The notes under the pieces: model-generated | Seen by the model: the letters and a program-made list of their open reading frames with translations, nothing else | The model's database searches: none | What the model was told of the DNA's origin: nothing | Position numbers and translations under genes: made by a program | In this document: piece by piece, positions 26,850 to 41,379 of the stretch | Layout of the letters: the number at the start of each line of letters is the position of its first letter | How positions within the stretch are numbered: position 1 is the first letter of the stretch | Assembly: GCF_009914755.1 (NCBI RefSeq) | Contig: NC_060927.1 | Strand: one strand, 5' to 3' | From: the human T2T-CHM13v2.0 reference genome, Homo sapiens | Length of the DNA stretch: 64,000 bases

Positions 26850-26990
26850 CCTCTCTGAGCCTCAGTTTCCCTATTTGTACACTGGTGATAAATTACCTAT
26901 GTCCAAGGGATTCTTGAGACATTAAATGTGGATGATGCACATCAAGTGTTCAGCACAGTAGCTGGCACAGAGCTTGCACTTAATTAAAGT
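26850..26990 (+). mobile_element. MIR
   Basis: cctctctgagcctcagtttccctatttgta. Confidence 0.8.
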
Positions 26991-27214
26991 CAGCTCTTGT
27001 CACTTGGTCATGGCGAATACAGCCTTCAAATTGGCTTGGAGCAGTGTCTCAGCACGACAGATGTCTGAAGAAATGAGCCCGGTCTTTCAGGCTTGACCCA
27101 GAGCAAGCCAGGGATCCCCAAGTACAAGACAGAGGGGCTGGTCAGCAGCCAGGGGATGAAGATGGCAAAGCTCACCCCCTTGGCTGGGAACAAGCAAATC
27201 GATGGTGAAGGAAA

Positions 27215-27500
27215 GCCTCAGGTCCTCAAGCGCTCTAAAAGCCAATAATAAAATTTAAAAATCAATGAGGAAGCTGACGGCAAGCCGATGACGGGGCCAG
27301 AGGCCAGGAATGATGTGTCTCCAAGTGAGGAGCAGGCAGACAGCCCAGGCGGCAGGGCTTCCAACCAGAACCCCAGACCCAGAGCCCCGAGCATCCTGGC
27401 GCAGACGCCTGGGATTTGGCAGAGATCCTGCGTCCCTGGACGGCGCCTCCCCACGGATGCGGGAAGCACAAGTGGGAAATGAGGCTGTCCAAGGATTAAG
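27215..27500. promoter_or_regulatory. Short GC/CpG-enriched unique segment, possible regulatory element
   Basis: Locally retained CpGs in non-repeat sequence (gacggcaagccgatgacgg, ggacggcgcctccccacgg). Confidence 0.3.
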
Positions 27501-27679
27501 ACCCAGACCCCCAGTGCCGTACTGTTCTATTCTTCCTGTCTTTGGAGGAGTGCAGCCAAAGCCTGGGAAATCATATTTTACAACATTGATCCCAGCTGCA
27601 CTTTTTTTTTTTTTAATTGGACAGGCAATGTGGTCTGGCACAGAGAGATTCAAAGTATTTCTCAGCTGAGGGGTTATAT

Positions 27680-27860
27680 AGATTCATTTATCTGTGCAAA
27701 CATTTCTTGAGCCCCGTCAATCTATCAGGGACTATGATGAAATAGGACAGTCTAGAAATAAGGTTCTAACCATGAGTTCGTGACTGGCAACGGAGACAGT
27801 GGATGAATAAACACTTGCCATCCAGTGTGGCAGGTATAATAGCTGCTTTAGTGAGCCCCC
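27680..27860 (-). mobile_element. L2 fragment
   Basis: attcatttatctgtgcaaacatttcttgagccc. Confidence 0.5.
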
Positions 27861-28539
27861 ACAGAGGGTGTGGGCAACTCTATCCGGGGCAGAGGTGGGT
27901 GGAGACACTGCTGAAGACAGCCCGGTCCTTGCCTGTTCACACTCGTTCTCGGGACACGGTGGGCAGTGGGCTCACGGTGGCTGCTCACGGCAGAAGAGGG
28001 AAGTGGGCTCATTGGACTATTTCAGGAATTTTAGTAGTAAGTGTGGGAATAAAACCTTAAATGGGCCATGAAAGCTGAAGGAGGAGAAAAGGGAGATGCT
28101 TAGGATATAGGAGAAAGGAAGAGAGAAAGAGGGAGAGAGAAGGGGAAAGTCCTTAGTCCCAGTTTTGTAGTTCTGTTCCCTTGGCTGTATTTGGCTTCTG
28201 TTTTTGTGAATTTCCGTAAGTTTCTACCAGGATTCCTGAGAATAAGCAACCTTGACTAGAAGTAGTGGGAGTGGCTCTCTGATCCTAACAACCCAAGCAG
28301 TCCTCACAAAACTCTAGGAGTGATCCTGGAAGGCAACATTAACTCACACAAATCCAATGTAGTCTCTCACCAAAACAAAACAAAGAGAAAAGAGAGAAAT
28401 AACAATTTGAGTATTGTGGCTGATGTCATCCTTCTGCTTGAGTATAAACCTTGGTGTGAGTGTGTACCTGGAGAAGTGACCCTGCCTGTCCCTCGGTCCA
28501 TGAACTTCTCTTGGTTTGGGGACAGGAGAAAGAGAGAAA

Positions 28540-28930
28540 AGGAGAGAATAATTAGCAAAAGCACAAATGAGCATCCCCCATTTTCATTTCTATTGCCAAA
28601 GCGAATCATTTATTTCAACTGAGGCACTTGGTAAATTAAAGCCACATGTAAGTTTATTGTGTTGATTTCATGCTGTAACTCTTGAGAGCAAAAGCACCCA
28701 GTCTCAGCCTTGGGTTTGAAGAACTGAAGCCGGTAATTAACTCATAAGGTCTTAAACTAACAAATGACTTCCTTTACAAGTGAAGTGTCAATCGAATCTT
28801 GATTCATGAAGTCAGTAATTGGCCTTCTTGGCTTCACATTTAGTCCAGAGCCATCGGATAAATAAATACATTACAACATGTCCCTGAATTGCCTCTTTTT
28901 CAAAGATAAATGTCAGACGAACAGATCAAA
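28540..28930. promoter_or_regulatory. Candidate enhancer (non-repeat, dense in TAATTA/TAATTG motifs)
   Basis: ataattagc, gtaaattaaag, ggtaattaactcata, tgtcaatc, agtaattggcc. Confidence 0.4.
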
Positions 28931-29405
28931 ACCCAAACCCAATATACTAGACCTGGACTGTGGGAGAATGGGTAGAAAGACAAGAACAACATTCAGAGAT
29001 CAGAAAGATCTTAGGGTTTCTGAATGACTTATCTACTGGAATTAAAAACGTTTTCTCTGAGCTGTTCAGGGAGAGGGGACAGTCAGGTGCCCAGGTGCAT
29101 CATTTTGTTCATTTTAAATGTGCTAAGTGGAGCCGTGAGAACGGTTGCCTTGTGGGCCAGGCAGAGTTCACAATTTAACAGCTGGCAAGGTGTGAGCCCA
29201 GTGCTAATGCACACAATATTTTCCCCCATCTAAGTGCACAGATTGAGCCCCTGCAGAGGCTTCTCTGGAACAGATCGACATTCAGGCTCTGACCTAGGCT
29301 TGGCAGGTTTCAAGAAAGGACTATAGAAGACTCTGCCCCCAGCAAGTAAAAACTGAGCAGCCCTCAGCAACTTACACATTTATCTCACATTGCAAGATTT
29401 AAGTC

Positions 29406-29872
29406 TGCCATAGCTTAGATGTTTGTTTCCAGAAACCTCATGTTGAAATTTGATCCCCAGTGTTGGAGGTGGGGCCTAATGGGAAATGTTTGGTTCTGGG
29501 GGGGCGGATCCCTTACAAAGGGCTCAGTGCTATCCTCCCAACAGTAAGTGAATTTTCGTCTTATTTAACAACTACGAGAGCTGGTTGTTCAAAAGAGCCT
29601 GTACTGCAGTAGGACTATTTAAAAAAAAAAAAAGTGAAAGAGAGAGAGAGAGAGAGTCCGGTACCTCCCTGCTAGATCTCTCCCCATGTGATCTCTGCGC
29701 CTGCTGGTTCCCCTTTGCCTTCTGCCATGAGTGGAAGCAGCCTGAGGCCCCCACCAGAAGCTGAGCAGATATCAGCACCATGTTGCAGAATCATGAACCA
29801 GATAAACCTCTTTTCTTTAAAAATTACCCAATTTCAGGTATTTCTTTATAACAACACAAACAGACCAAGACA
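29406..29872 (+). mobile_element. MST (MaLR) solo LTR with an internal A/GA expansion
   Basis: tgccatagcttagatg...agaccaagaca; perfect TSD AAGTC at 29401-29405 and 29873-29877. Confidence 0.93.
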
Positions 29873-29931
29873 AAGTCTAACCCTGAATCAAGCTCATTTG
29901 TGAAATTAACAGTAAACATTCATTTTCCTGC

Positions 29932-30032
29932 TGAAAGGATCCAAAACATGTCACTTCAAATGATGCCGCTTTGGCATAAGGATGTTTTTGAGGTGAAGGC
30001 AACTGAGAATCAAGATATGCAGGAAGAGAGCT
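29932..30032 (+). mobile_element. MER34/MER39-like ERV1 LTR 5' fragment
   Basis: ctttggcataaggatgtttttgaggtgaaggcaa. Confidence 0.65.
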
Positions 30033-31400
<1,368 letters not shown>

Positions 31401-31646
31401 AAAAACAAACTCCCAATAAGCGATGTACAAGGAATCGTCTGCAGGTGGCATGGATATTTGGAGAAGGGAATCATCATCATGGTCTGACAAGATGAGGGCA
31501 GAAAGTTGGTGGAAAAGTTATTTGATTTGGAGAGGGAAGGTTGGATGGCACTTGGCCGGGCAAGGAGTTGAGGATGTGGAAATTTAGATAGGAATGGAGT
31601 AGCATTGTGATGAGTCCAGTACCGCCCAGGTCTCAGTGTTCCACAG

Positions 31647-32176
31647 CAGTGGTCACCAACCTTTTTGACACCACGGACTGGTTTTGTAGAAGACAATTTT
31701 TCCATGGACCAGCAGGGGTGGGAGATGGTTTTGTGATGATTCTAGTGCATTACATTTATTGTGCACTTTATTCCTATGATTATTACATTGTAATATATAA
31801 TGAATTAATTATACAACTCACCATAATGTAGAATGAGTGGGAGCCTTGAACTTGTTTTCCTGCAACTAGGCAGTCCCATGTGGGGGTGATGGGAGACAGT
31901 GACAGATCATCAGGCATTAGATTCTCATAAGGAGCATGCAACCTAGACCCCTCACATGCTCTGTTCACAATAGGGTAGGATTTTCTATGAGAATCTAAAG
32001 CTTCAGCTGATCTGACAGGAGGCAGAGCTCAGGTGGTAATGTGAGTGATGGGGAACAGCTGTAAATACAGACGAAGCTTCGCTGGATCACTTGCTACTCA
32101 CTTCCGGCTGTGCGGCCCAGTTCTGAACAGGCCATGGACTGGTATCTGTCTGTGGCCCAGGGGTTGGGAACCCCTG
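31647..32176 (-). mobile_element. MER1A hAT-Charlie transposon
   Basis: Terminal repeats cagtggtcaccaacc / ggttgggaacccctg; 8-bp TSD ttccacag/ttctaaag. Confidence 0.93.
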
Positions 32177-32269
32177 TTCTAAAGTGCATTCATTAATCAG
32201 CTTATACTCATTATTGCTCTGTTCTCATGAGGAAACCGCAGGCGGATCTGTCAGTATCAGATAAGATTT

Positions 32270-32390
32270 TACAGAAGAAAAAAAGGCAAGGAAGACAGGA
32301 AGGGCAGGAGAGAGGGAGGGAGGAAGGGAGGAAGGGAGAAAGGGAAGAAAGGAGAAGGAAAAAAGGCAGGCAGGAAGGAAGACCAAAAAC
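32270..32390 (+). repeat. GA-rich low-complexity tract
   Basis: Directly visible. Confidence 0.85.
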
Positions 32391-33054
32391 CAAAAGGTGA
32401 AACTCCAGTGTCATTTTAATGACCAGACCTGTTAAACAATAATGAAAAGTGTTGAAATTTCTAGAATTCTCTGGATTTTATACAGTTCAGTTCTTTCCTC
32501 TGAGAGAAGAAAACTCTCATAGCAACCAAAATAGTATCATTTTCCTTGCTAATTCTGTTTTTGGCATCACCGTCTAGTTGGACTTCATAATTGGGTAAAA
32601 GTATCTTTCAGAACAGTCTGCAGCCTGGAGTTGTGGCTTCCTTCACAAAGAAGTGTTGCATAAAGACAGAAGAACACGTCTGACCTCACCTCCTGGGTCA
32701 TCTTTAGTTTGATCTTTGGGATGATTCAGGCTCAAGTTTCTAGTTAGTTTTGGCCTTGGGCAGCTCATAAAGAGCCCGGCTTTGCTTTCAAAGTATCCAG
32801 ATGCAGAAGAATTAACCAAGTCTGTTGTGCATATGCACTAGGTGCAGGTATAACCTAAGTCATAAGAATACCCATCCATGGTTTCTGGAAACTTTTTGTC
32901 ACTTCACTCATACTCCTGGGGTGGAAGTGAAATAAATGACAAGAGAGAGTCCTTGGAGGAACAGGATTGAGATTACTCCCTGAAACCCTCGATTTCAAAG
33001 CAGGGACAACATTAGTAAAGAAGAGTCAGGCCCATGGTACCAAAACATTAAAAA

Positions 33055-33307
33055 ATATATATATATGTATGTATGTATGTATTTCAATAGCTTTTGGGGG
33101 TACAAATGGTTTTTGGTTACAGGGATGAACTGTATAGTGGTGAAGTATGAAGGTGAGTAGTGTACATTGCACCTAATACGTAGTTTTTTTTTTTTCCTTC
33201 ACCCTCGTCTCGCCCTCCTCATTCTGAGTCTCTAAAGTCAATACTCTGTATGCCTTTGCACAGCCATAGCTTAGCTCCCATGTATAAAGGAAGAGCACAT
33301 GGTATTA
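33055..33307 (-). mobile_element. L1PB/L1PA-old 3' end fragment
   Basis: tttcaatagcttttgggggtacaaatggtttttggttaca...cttagctcccatgtata. Confidence 0.85.
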
Positions 33308-33332
33308 AGACATTATTTAAAAACTTGGTCTG

Positions 33333-33518
33333 GGCCAAGTACCATGGCTCCTGCCTGTAATCCCAGCACTCTGGGAGGCCAGGTGGGAGGATCCTTTGAG
33401 TCCAGGAGTTGGAGGCTGCAGTGGGCTATGATCATGCCACTGCTTTCCAGCCTGGGTGACCCTGAGTGATACCCTGTCTGTAAAAATGAAAACGAAAGAA
33501 ACAAAGCAACAACAAAAT
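33333..33518 (+). mobile_element. Monomeric Alu (FAM/FRAM-like) with TSD AACTTGGTCTG
   Basis: Single arm plus A-rich tail; TSD at 33322-33332 and 33519-33529. Confidence 0.85.
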
Positions 33519-33849
33519 AACTTGGTCTGCCGCTAAATATGGACTTGCTGGAGTCACAATCTTGTTTAAACTAATTGGTGGGGTCCCAAACTCCATCAAG
33601 CTAAAGGAATTCAGACATTCAGACAGCGTGAGTATCCATCCCTTTGAATTAAAAGTGAAATCTTTGCTTTGCAACAAACAAACAAACAAAACTCAATCAA
33701 ACCTATGTTGTAAGTAGTTTCAGCTGTGGGGTATGCTTTTATCAGAAGCAGAGAAAAATTAGTTTTTAAAATGCAAGCATTTTGTAAATGAGACTGAGAG
33801 ATGTTTTGGTTTTCTTTCTGAGACGAAAGCATTTCTAAATAGTTGTCCT

Positions 33850-34420
33850 TGAACCTGGATTACATTTCTTCTTCCTTGAAACCCAACAGTTGACATTGAT
33901 AAAGACAATATAAACAGGTTGCAATCTACTGCAAGGACATCACTCCCAACCTTGAATATATTTTAAGGGCCTTTGATCAAAGGAGGAGAAAGTAAGCAAA
34001 CAATTCAATGTAATACCCACTACTTGGTTTATCCCAGTGGGCAGCCACAGTGAGCAACAATCTGATACCACTCTCTAACACACCTGTACTACCTCAGTGG
34101 CTGACAAGTTCAAATTAAGTCAATATGATTGCAGAAAATTAATTTTTCCAATTCTTGGCTGTTGTCACTTTCCCCTTCCATGAAAATTAATGCAAAAAAT
34201 TCCTTTCAAGTTATTAATATGAAAGAATAGCCCAACTTTTATGACTGAAAGGCTTACCATCATATCTTTAAGAATAATGATACAACTTAAATATTGGGAG
34301 TTGTGCGGGAACCACTTCCCTTCATAAATGTGGCCTGAACAAGATGGTTAAAACACCAGTTAATCTTTATATTCAAGGCAAATGAAAGGAAAAGACTTGC
34401 AGATAAATTATTTTCTCTAT
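33850..34420. promoter_or_regulatory. Candidate enhancer (AT-rich non-repeat block)
   Basis: tgacattgat, tgacaagttcaaattaagtcaat, gaaaattaatttttc, gaaaattaatgca. Confidence 0.3.
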
Positions 34421-35008
34421 AGCCAGAAGCAAAGTGTGTACAATAAAGCACATACTCCTCAAATAACAAGAATAAATCTATTTCATTTTTCCCCTTGCAT
34501 ACCATGCTTATTGAACTAGGGCCTTGTTTGACAAGCTCTCTGTTCTGATATAAACAGTGCAAAGATGAACACAGTTCTTCTTGCTCATGATTAATATATT
34601 TGGGGAATCAAGTCTGAATCACTTAGGTAAATCATTTCAGTATATTCATGGTAAGGACAAATTTTCACCCTCTTATCTGAAGTACAGTCTTTCACTTCTA
34701 TTACCCTAAATAACTACAGGGACTTTTACCTCAAAGTTATTCCTAACAAGAGAAAATTTTCCAGTGATGTATTATCTTTTTAATCCCTAAAGGTAGAAGA
34801 TAGAAAATATACATCTGGGATGTGAACAGGACATAGAAAATCTACTGACCAACCACGAAAAATGTTACAGGTCTGTGGTTCCAAGAAGCTGAGGGAATTG
34901 GGGGCATGCATGCCTGTTTAGATGAGAGAAGCAGGCCAACTGATAAATAAAACCTATGTTTGGAATACAGCTGAGTTCCCATTTATAATATGTGGGGTCA
35001 GGGATAGG

Positions 35009-35310
35009 TTTTTCATTTTTTTAATTTTTATTTTTTTATTTTGGAAACAGGGTCTTGCTCTGTTGCCCAGGCTAGAGTAGAGTGGCATGATCATAGCTCA
35101 CTGCAGCCTCCTGGGCTCAAGTGATCCTCCCACCTCACCCCTCTGGTAGCTGGGACTACAGCCACACACCACCCATGCTTGGCTAATTTTTTATAAGGAA
35201 ATGGTCTCACTATGTTGCCCAGGCTGGACTTGAACTCCTGGCTTCAAGGGATCCTCCTGCCTTGGCCTACCAAAGTGCTGAGATATGGGTATGAGCCATT
35301 GTGCCTGGCC
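35009..35310 (-). mobile_element. AluJ
   Basis: Antisense Alu body. Confidence 0.92.
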
Positions 35311-35604
35311 TAGGCTTAACTTTAGATATTTACTAGTTATAAAGGGAGAATTTGCTAAACAATCAGTATAAACAAGAAACCAGAATATTTACCTGTATCA
35401 AAGAACAAGGTGGAACCTGAGCCTCTTGAGCCAGCAACATGCAGAATTCAAAAGACTGAGCTTCTACATGGGAGCCACGGCTTAGGAAGAGTGAACATTT
35501 GCTTAGTACTTTACGGTTGCAAAGAGCTTCCCGCTAAGGCATCTTGTTTGATTCAGCTCCCATGTCAACCTTGGGAGAAAAGATTTTTTTTTAAAAAAGA
35601 ACTA

Positions 35605-35890
35605 GGCTGGGAATGGTGGCTCATGGCTGCAATTTCAGCACTTTAAGAGGCTGAGGCAGGAGGATCACTTATGGCCAGGAGTTCGAGACCAGCCTGGGCA
35701 ACATATTGAAACCCTGCCTCTACCAAAAATTAAAAAATTAACTGGTACGCACCTGTAGTCCCAGCTACTCAGGGGGGCTGAGGTGGGAGGATCACTTGAG
35801 CCTGGGAGGTTGAGGCTGCAGTTAGCCGTGATCATACCACTGTACTCTAGCCTGGGCGACAGAGCAAGACCCTGTCTCAAAAAATAAAAT
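35605..35890 (+). mobile_element. AluJ inserted in a MIR; TSD AAAAGAACTA
   Basis: TSD at 35595-35604 and 35891-35900. Confidence 0.93.
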
Positions 35891-36118
35891 AAAAGAACTA
35901 TATTCATTATACAGATGAAGAAACATAGCCATACATAACAGACCTAAGACAGGAACCCAGATCTTTGAAACCTAAATCCACTGTACAAACTTTTGTCCCG
36001 AAATAGCTCCACAGCAGGTCAGCCATCCTCTCTGAGTGTGTCTCCATTTGTAATGTGGGAATAACAGCATCTTACAACAGGGTTGTCATGGAGATAGGAT
36101 GAGATAACTTATCTGATG

Positions 36119-36500
36119 GGTATCAGTTAAGATGCTTTAGGCTATAAAGTAAAAGAAAAATCCAGTTTAGCATGGTTTTAAAATAAAGCAATTTATTGGA
36201 TCCTGGGCCTGAAGAGTTTACAGTGAAGGAGGGGGAATTTCAGAATTGGGTTGGTATAGAGGTAGCTGGTGAGCCAGGATGGGGCTTCATTTCTCAGGCA
36301 GTCTCCTGTCTCCGCCTTGCTCTGTGTATTGGCCTTGTGCCCGGGCTGGCTGTCTTCATGGCAGAGAGATGACTGTTGCAGCTCCTTGGCTGCATGACTT
36401 CTCCTCTACAGCACAGCAAAGAGGACGGCTTCCTTTCTCCCAACCATCTAGCCGAGTCCTGAGCTCTGCTGTATTGCATGAACAGCCCCACTGCAACAAG
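36119..36500 (-). mobile_element. MLT1K/L-like LTR remnant
   Basis: tatcagttaagatgctttaggct...aagaaaaatcc...aatttattgg. Confidence 0.6.
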
Positions 36501-36759
36501 TAACTGGCATGGAACATGGCAAGGAGTGTGGCTGCTACCCCAGGGGATAGCAGAGGAATAGTTGCTGTACAGGCAGCCAGGATGACGGCCATGGTGTGTG
36601 AAACACACAGTACGGTCATGAAGCACACCAGCCCTTCGAAAGCACTCCAGGTGTCCCAGCATTTGATGCTATATTTCTGTCATCCTTTTTTTAAATATAT
36701 GAAGCAGATTCTTTGGTCGGCAGCACTTATAAGCCTTATTAAATGTTAATGTTAATTAT

Positions 36760-37291
<532 letters not shown>

Positions 37292-37599
37292 TAGATCCCA
37301 TTCTTAAATCACAATCTGGTCCATGTTTTTTTATAAAGCAGAACAGCATTTCACAAGAGATCCTGTAACTTATACTTTTCACTTTCTCCACTGGTCAGTT
37401 TAGAACATCATTCCATTACCCACGTCATATCATTAGTGTTGTACTTAGAAACTGTCTATTCCAGTGGGATGTTAATCCTGAGAATTACATCATCAAAGAA
37501 AAAAAATGATAGTCCCGTTTGAGGACATCAGTGTGGAAAACACAATCTACCTCTCTACCAGTAGATGCCAAGAGGGAAGGTTCCACACAACCTCTCCCC

Positions 37600-38003
37600 C
37601 TCTTCTCCCACATCATCTCACCACTGTCCCCATATCAGCTGCATTCACCCCCTTGATGTTCTGTGACCAGGAAAAATGTTTTGCCACCTTGCATTTACAG
37701 TTCCTCCTTTCCTTCAGGTCTCTGCTCAAAAATACTCTTATGAGAGAAGAAAGCCTCATCTCTCCTATGTATAGCACCGCCTTCTATCTCCTGTGCTGTG
37801 TTACTATGATTACTTTTTTGTACAGGATTTAGCTCCATTTGTCATTAGACCTATCACTGTTGATTGTCTCTTTGTATTCCCTCACTAGAAGGCAAATACT
37901 TTCACAGAGGGACTGAAGCCTTTTGTTCACTGGTAGGTCCCCAGCACTAGAATAGTGCCCGGCATATGCTTGGTGCTAATGTAGATCAAACAAATAAATG
38001 AAT
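37600..38003 (+). mobile_element. L2 3' end
   Basis: cttcaggtctctgctcaaa...ttgttcactgg...ccccagcactagaatagtgcccggca...aataaatgaat. Confidence 0.8.
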
Positions 38004-38799
38004 ACTTTATCACATTTCTTAGAGATTTATAATATCCAGCATACCAAAAGCTCAAAGAATTCCTGCTCATTTAAAATGAGTGTTGCCCAAATCTGACCAT
38101 TTAACCCTTTTGGTGAGGAAAAAAAAGAAAAAAAAAACCCTACTAACGTTACAAATAATTAAGGATCACTGGAAATCACTTTGGGAAACTCTGAACTGCC
38201 ATCCTCCCATTTTACAAGTGAGGAACCCATGCATCTGAGGAGTCCGGGGTGCTTCCAGGCTACGCAGGGAACCAGTGGCCCTCAGGACAGAGCCCAGCTC
38301 TCCACTCCCTGTTCTGGATACATTGGCTCCATCCCCTCCCCAAGCTGCACTGATTGAAGATCAGTGGGGCTAATTATACTGGACACACAAATCAATAAAC
38401 CCATCAGTGAGTATTAATGGGCCATCTATTCTGTGCCCAGCCATTGGCACCTGCATCATGACACCGTGAAAGCTCTGATGACACTTTTACGGGAGATACA
38501 ATTTTTCAAGAGCTGCTGATTGATTCCTTGAAGACAGGGGTTCATGGATAGATACATTTTCCTGGACAGGTTTGGCTTCATTGATCCTTGCGACTTGCTC
38601 ATCCCGTTCTTGCCATTCTATTTTTTATATTTTATTCCCATTTTCACCTCCTTGGTACAATTATTGACCGAATGGGACAAGACCTTCTTTGTGACCTATA
38701 GAAAATGCTCTACAGCATATATGGGGAAAAAAATGAAGTTGCTGTGTGGAGAGAGCTGGAGAGAATGCCAGGGACCATGGGCCCTTGCAGCTCAGTCCC

Positions 38800-39583
38800 T
38801 GGATTTTTCTTGAAAGGTAGCACCTCCCCAACATTACTTTCTCGCCTCCCACTCTACCACAATTGGACTTTGTCCCCTCTCCTCCAAAGCAGCTGCTCCT
38901 GTCAAAAGCACAATGTCTTCCTCCCTGCAAAAGCACTTCTCAGACTTTATCTTACTTGGCCATCCAGCAGCTCCAGACACAACTGGCCACTTCCTGGTCT
39001 TTGGAATGCTTCCCTTTCTTGGCTTCCGGAATACCTCACTGTCGTTGATTTCTTCTTACCTCACTGACCTTTCTCCAGTTCCCAGTAGTGGCTCCTACCC
39101 CTCTATATTCTCATCTCTAAATTTGGGAGTGCTTAGGGCTTGGTCCAGACACTCTCCTTTTCCCAGTCTAGGTGCTTTCCCAGGAAGACTGATGGGATCA
39201 ATAGCTCTAAATATCATCTTATCAGCTGTTGACTTCCGAATCTGTATTTCCAGCTTTGTTCTCACTCCCACCACACACACCTCTCCAAAATCGTGTAACC
39301 AAATGACTACTTGCCTTTTTTGTTATGTTCCCTTGAACAATTACTTAATCTCCTCAGTTTCCTAAATGGAAAAAGGTGTAAGTACTAACCTCATAGGGTC
39401 GTTGTGAGGATTAAATGACTTAATCTATGGAAAGTGCCTAAACCAGTAAGCACGAAGCAAGGGACACTAACTGCAGTTACTCCACCTCTCCACTGAAATA
39501 GTTAATGGATATACCCAAACACAATTTTGGATTTCCCCACCCTGCACCCCACTCCAACCTCCAGGGTCTTAGTGTCTTGTCAC
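38800..39583 (+). mobile_element. L2 remnant with an embedded MIR (~39300-39470)
   Basis: tttatcttacttgg...gacacaactggccac...cttggcttcc; MIR ttacttaatctcctcagtttcct. Confidence 0.75.
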
Positions 39584-40030
39584 TCGCATGTGGGACCCGT
39601 AATAACTCCAACAGGGATGACACAAGGTTCAAGAGGCCGAAGGAGAGACCTGGAGGCAGCCAATGAGACCTAGGGTTTTACCAGTGGGAAAGCTACGTAC
39701 AGCGATGGCCCAGCAACAACAGTCAAGCTGGGCAGGAAAACTGCAACTGCTTAAGGGTGCAGTTCACATAGCATCCTCACTTAGCATCCTCCCCCTAACA
39801 ACCTCCACCTGGCAACCTTCATTTAACCCAAAACAAAGGCCTCCATCCACTACACGGCCATGTTCTACAGGACAGGCTGGGAGTGCAGGTGTTCCTTATA
39901 GACAAGGAATGACTCTCCCGGTCGGCCACGTGCAGAACTCCGAACACACATTCAGGTGTGTCTGCCATACAGGGTCATCCTCGGGGTATGTGTAAGTTAA
40001 ATTATTGCTATCAGATGTGTCTATCAGACA
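39584..40030 (-). mobile_element. Solo LTR copy A, LTR47-like (ERVL; name tentative)
   Basis: Shares blocks with copies B-D (aacacacattcaggtg, ctgccatacagggtca, acctccacctggcaaccttcattt); TSD GTCAC at 39579-39583 and 40031-40035. Confidence 0.85.
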
Positions 40031-41194
40031 GTCACCATTGTCATAACAACCACAAACTAAAAATCTCAAATAATTAGAAAGGTTCAAGAGCCATCGCTTG
40101 TGAAGAACATCTCAGGGTGGGGGTGACAGTCAGCCCTGTTCACCCATCATTGCATCCAGCAAGGGTCCTGTGCCTCTTCGGGCTCTAGTGGGATGAGGCA
40201 TAAATGCTACAACTCAGTGAACCCAAACCCCTTGTTCCCCCAGACCCAGGAAATGTAAACCTCCCACCTTGCATAGTCTCCCCTATTTAGGTAGCTCAGT
40301 CCTTTGCCAGCCAGAGCTTGGATTTTCCTCCTCTAAAAGATTTGTTTTGTTAACCAATCCTCTGGGACAAGGGAAACTTGAGGTTCCATGTTACAAAGAC
40401 CTGCTTGTCCTCTTCAGAGAAGGCGAGGGAGAAAAAGTTTGTTCTTCTGGGCTAAGCCTAAGGGAAAATAAGCTGGTGAATTTCTCACTTTATTTTCAGA
40501 TATTCTTGCCAAGAAGGAAGGCCCAACTATTAAGGGGTCAGGAGGGAAGCAGGGTTTAGGAGGATTGATCAGGAAGGGTTTTTGGAGGGCTTGGACATTC
40601 TTGCCCTCTCTGTCGACAAAGGAAGTCGAGATCGTGTGACCAGGACAGTGAGCTGTGAGCACATTCTCTGTCTGCCAAGACATAGACACCTCCCAAGCCT
40701 TCTCTAGGAGGGCAGAGAGGAGTCTCCAAGCCTGTTAGATCCACCAGTTAAATAAATAGGACACAGTTCCTCCACAAGGACCCCTGACCGGTGAGGTTCA
40801 AGTGTCTCTGGCTGGACTGGATGTGGTTACAGCTGAGTTGACTTGTGGCCCGTGCCCTGCACGCCCCGTATCAGCCTCAGGTGGAACTCTGCAGGTGTCC
40901 ACTGCAGGACCACTGCAGGAGTTTGTGCTCGGTCCACCCACCCCAGTCTCCCGCTCTGCTTTCTAGCACCTTCTTGTGGCCCTGAACCTCCAAGAGTCAC
41001 CTGTCCCAACACCTTTGCACAACCTGTTCTTTCAGACTGTGATGCAACCCTGGAAGTTCCTGAATATACTAACCCACCTTCCTATGTGTATTCAGACATT
41101 TATTGGAGACCACCAATGTGGCGGCTGCTGTGCTAAGCATTGGTGGAAAGTCATTTCTGCACACACATTTGATGCCCTCAAGATGCTCACCATC

Positions 41195-41373
41195 TGGAGC
41201 CCGGGCCTTCAACCTTAGCTGCACATTGCAATCACCTGGAATCATCAGGGAGAACTTCTGATACCTGAGTCTCACCCCTAGAGAGTGATTTCATTGGTCT
41301 GACATGTGGCCAGGATATGGGGAGTTTAAAAAGCTTCCAGCTGATTCTAGTGGGAAGAGCTGAGAACCACTGA
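41195..41373. mobile_element. MER5A/B hAT-Charlie
   Basis: tcaaccttagctgcacattgcaatcacctgg...ctgattct...ctgagaaccactg. Confidence 0.8.
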
Positions 41374-41379
41374 TGCAGA

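Noticed and set aside
27218-27669. Cluster of overlapping ORFs in the GC-rich patch
   Set aside because: Explained by local GC content; no recognisable domain or exon structure.
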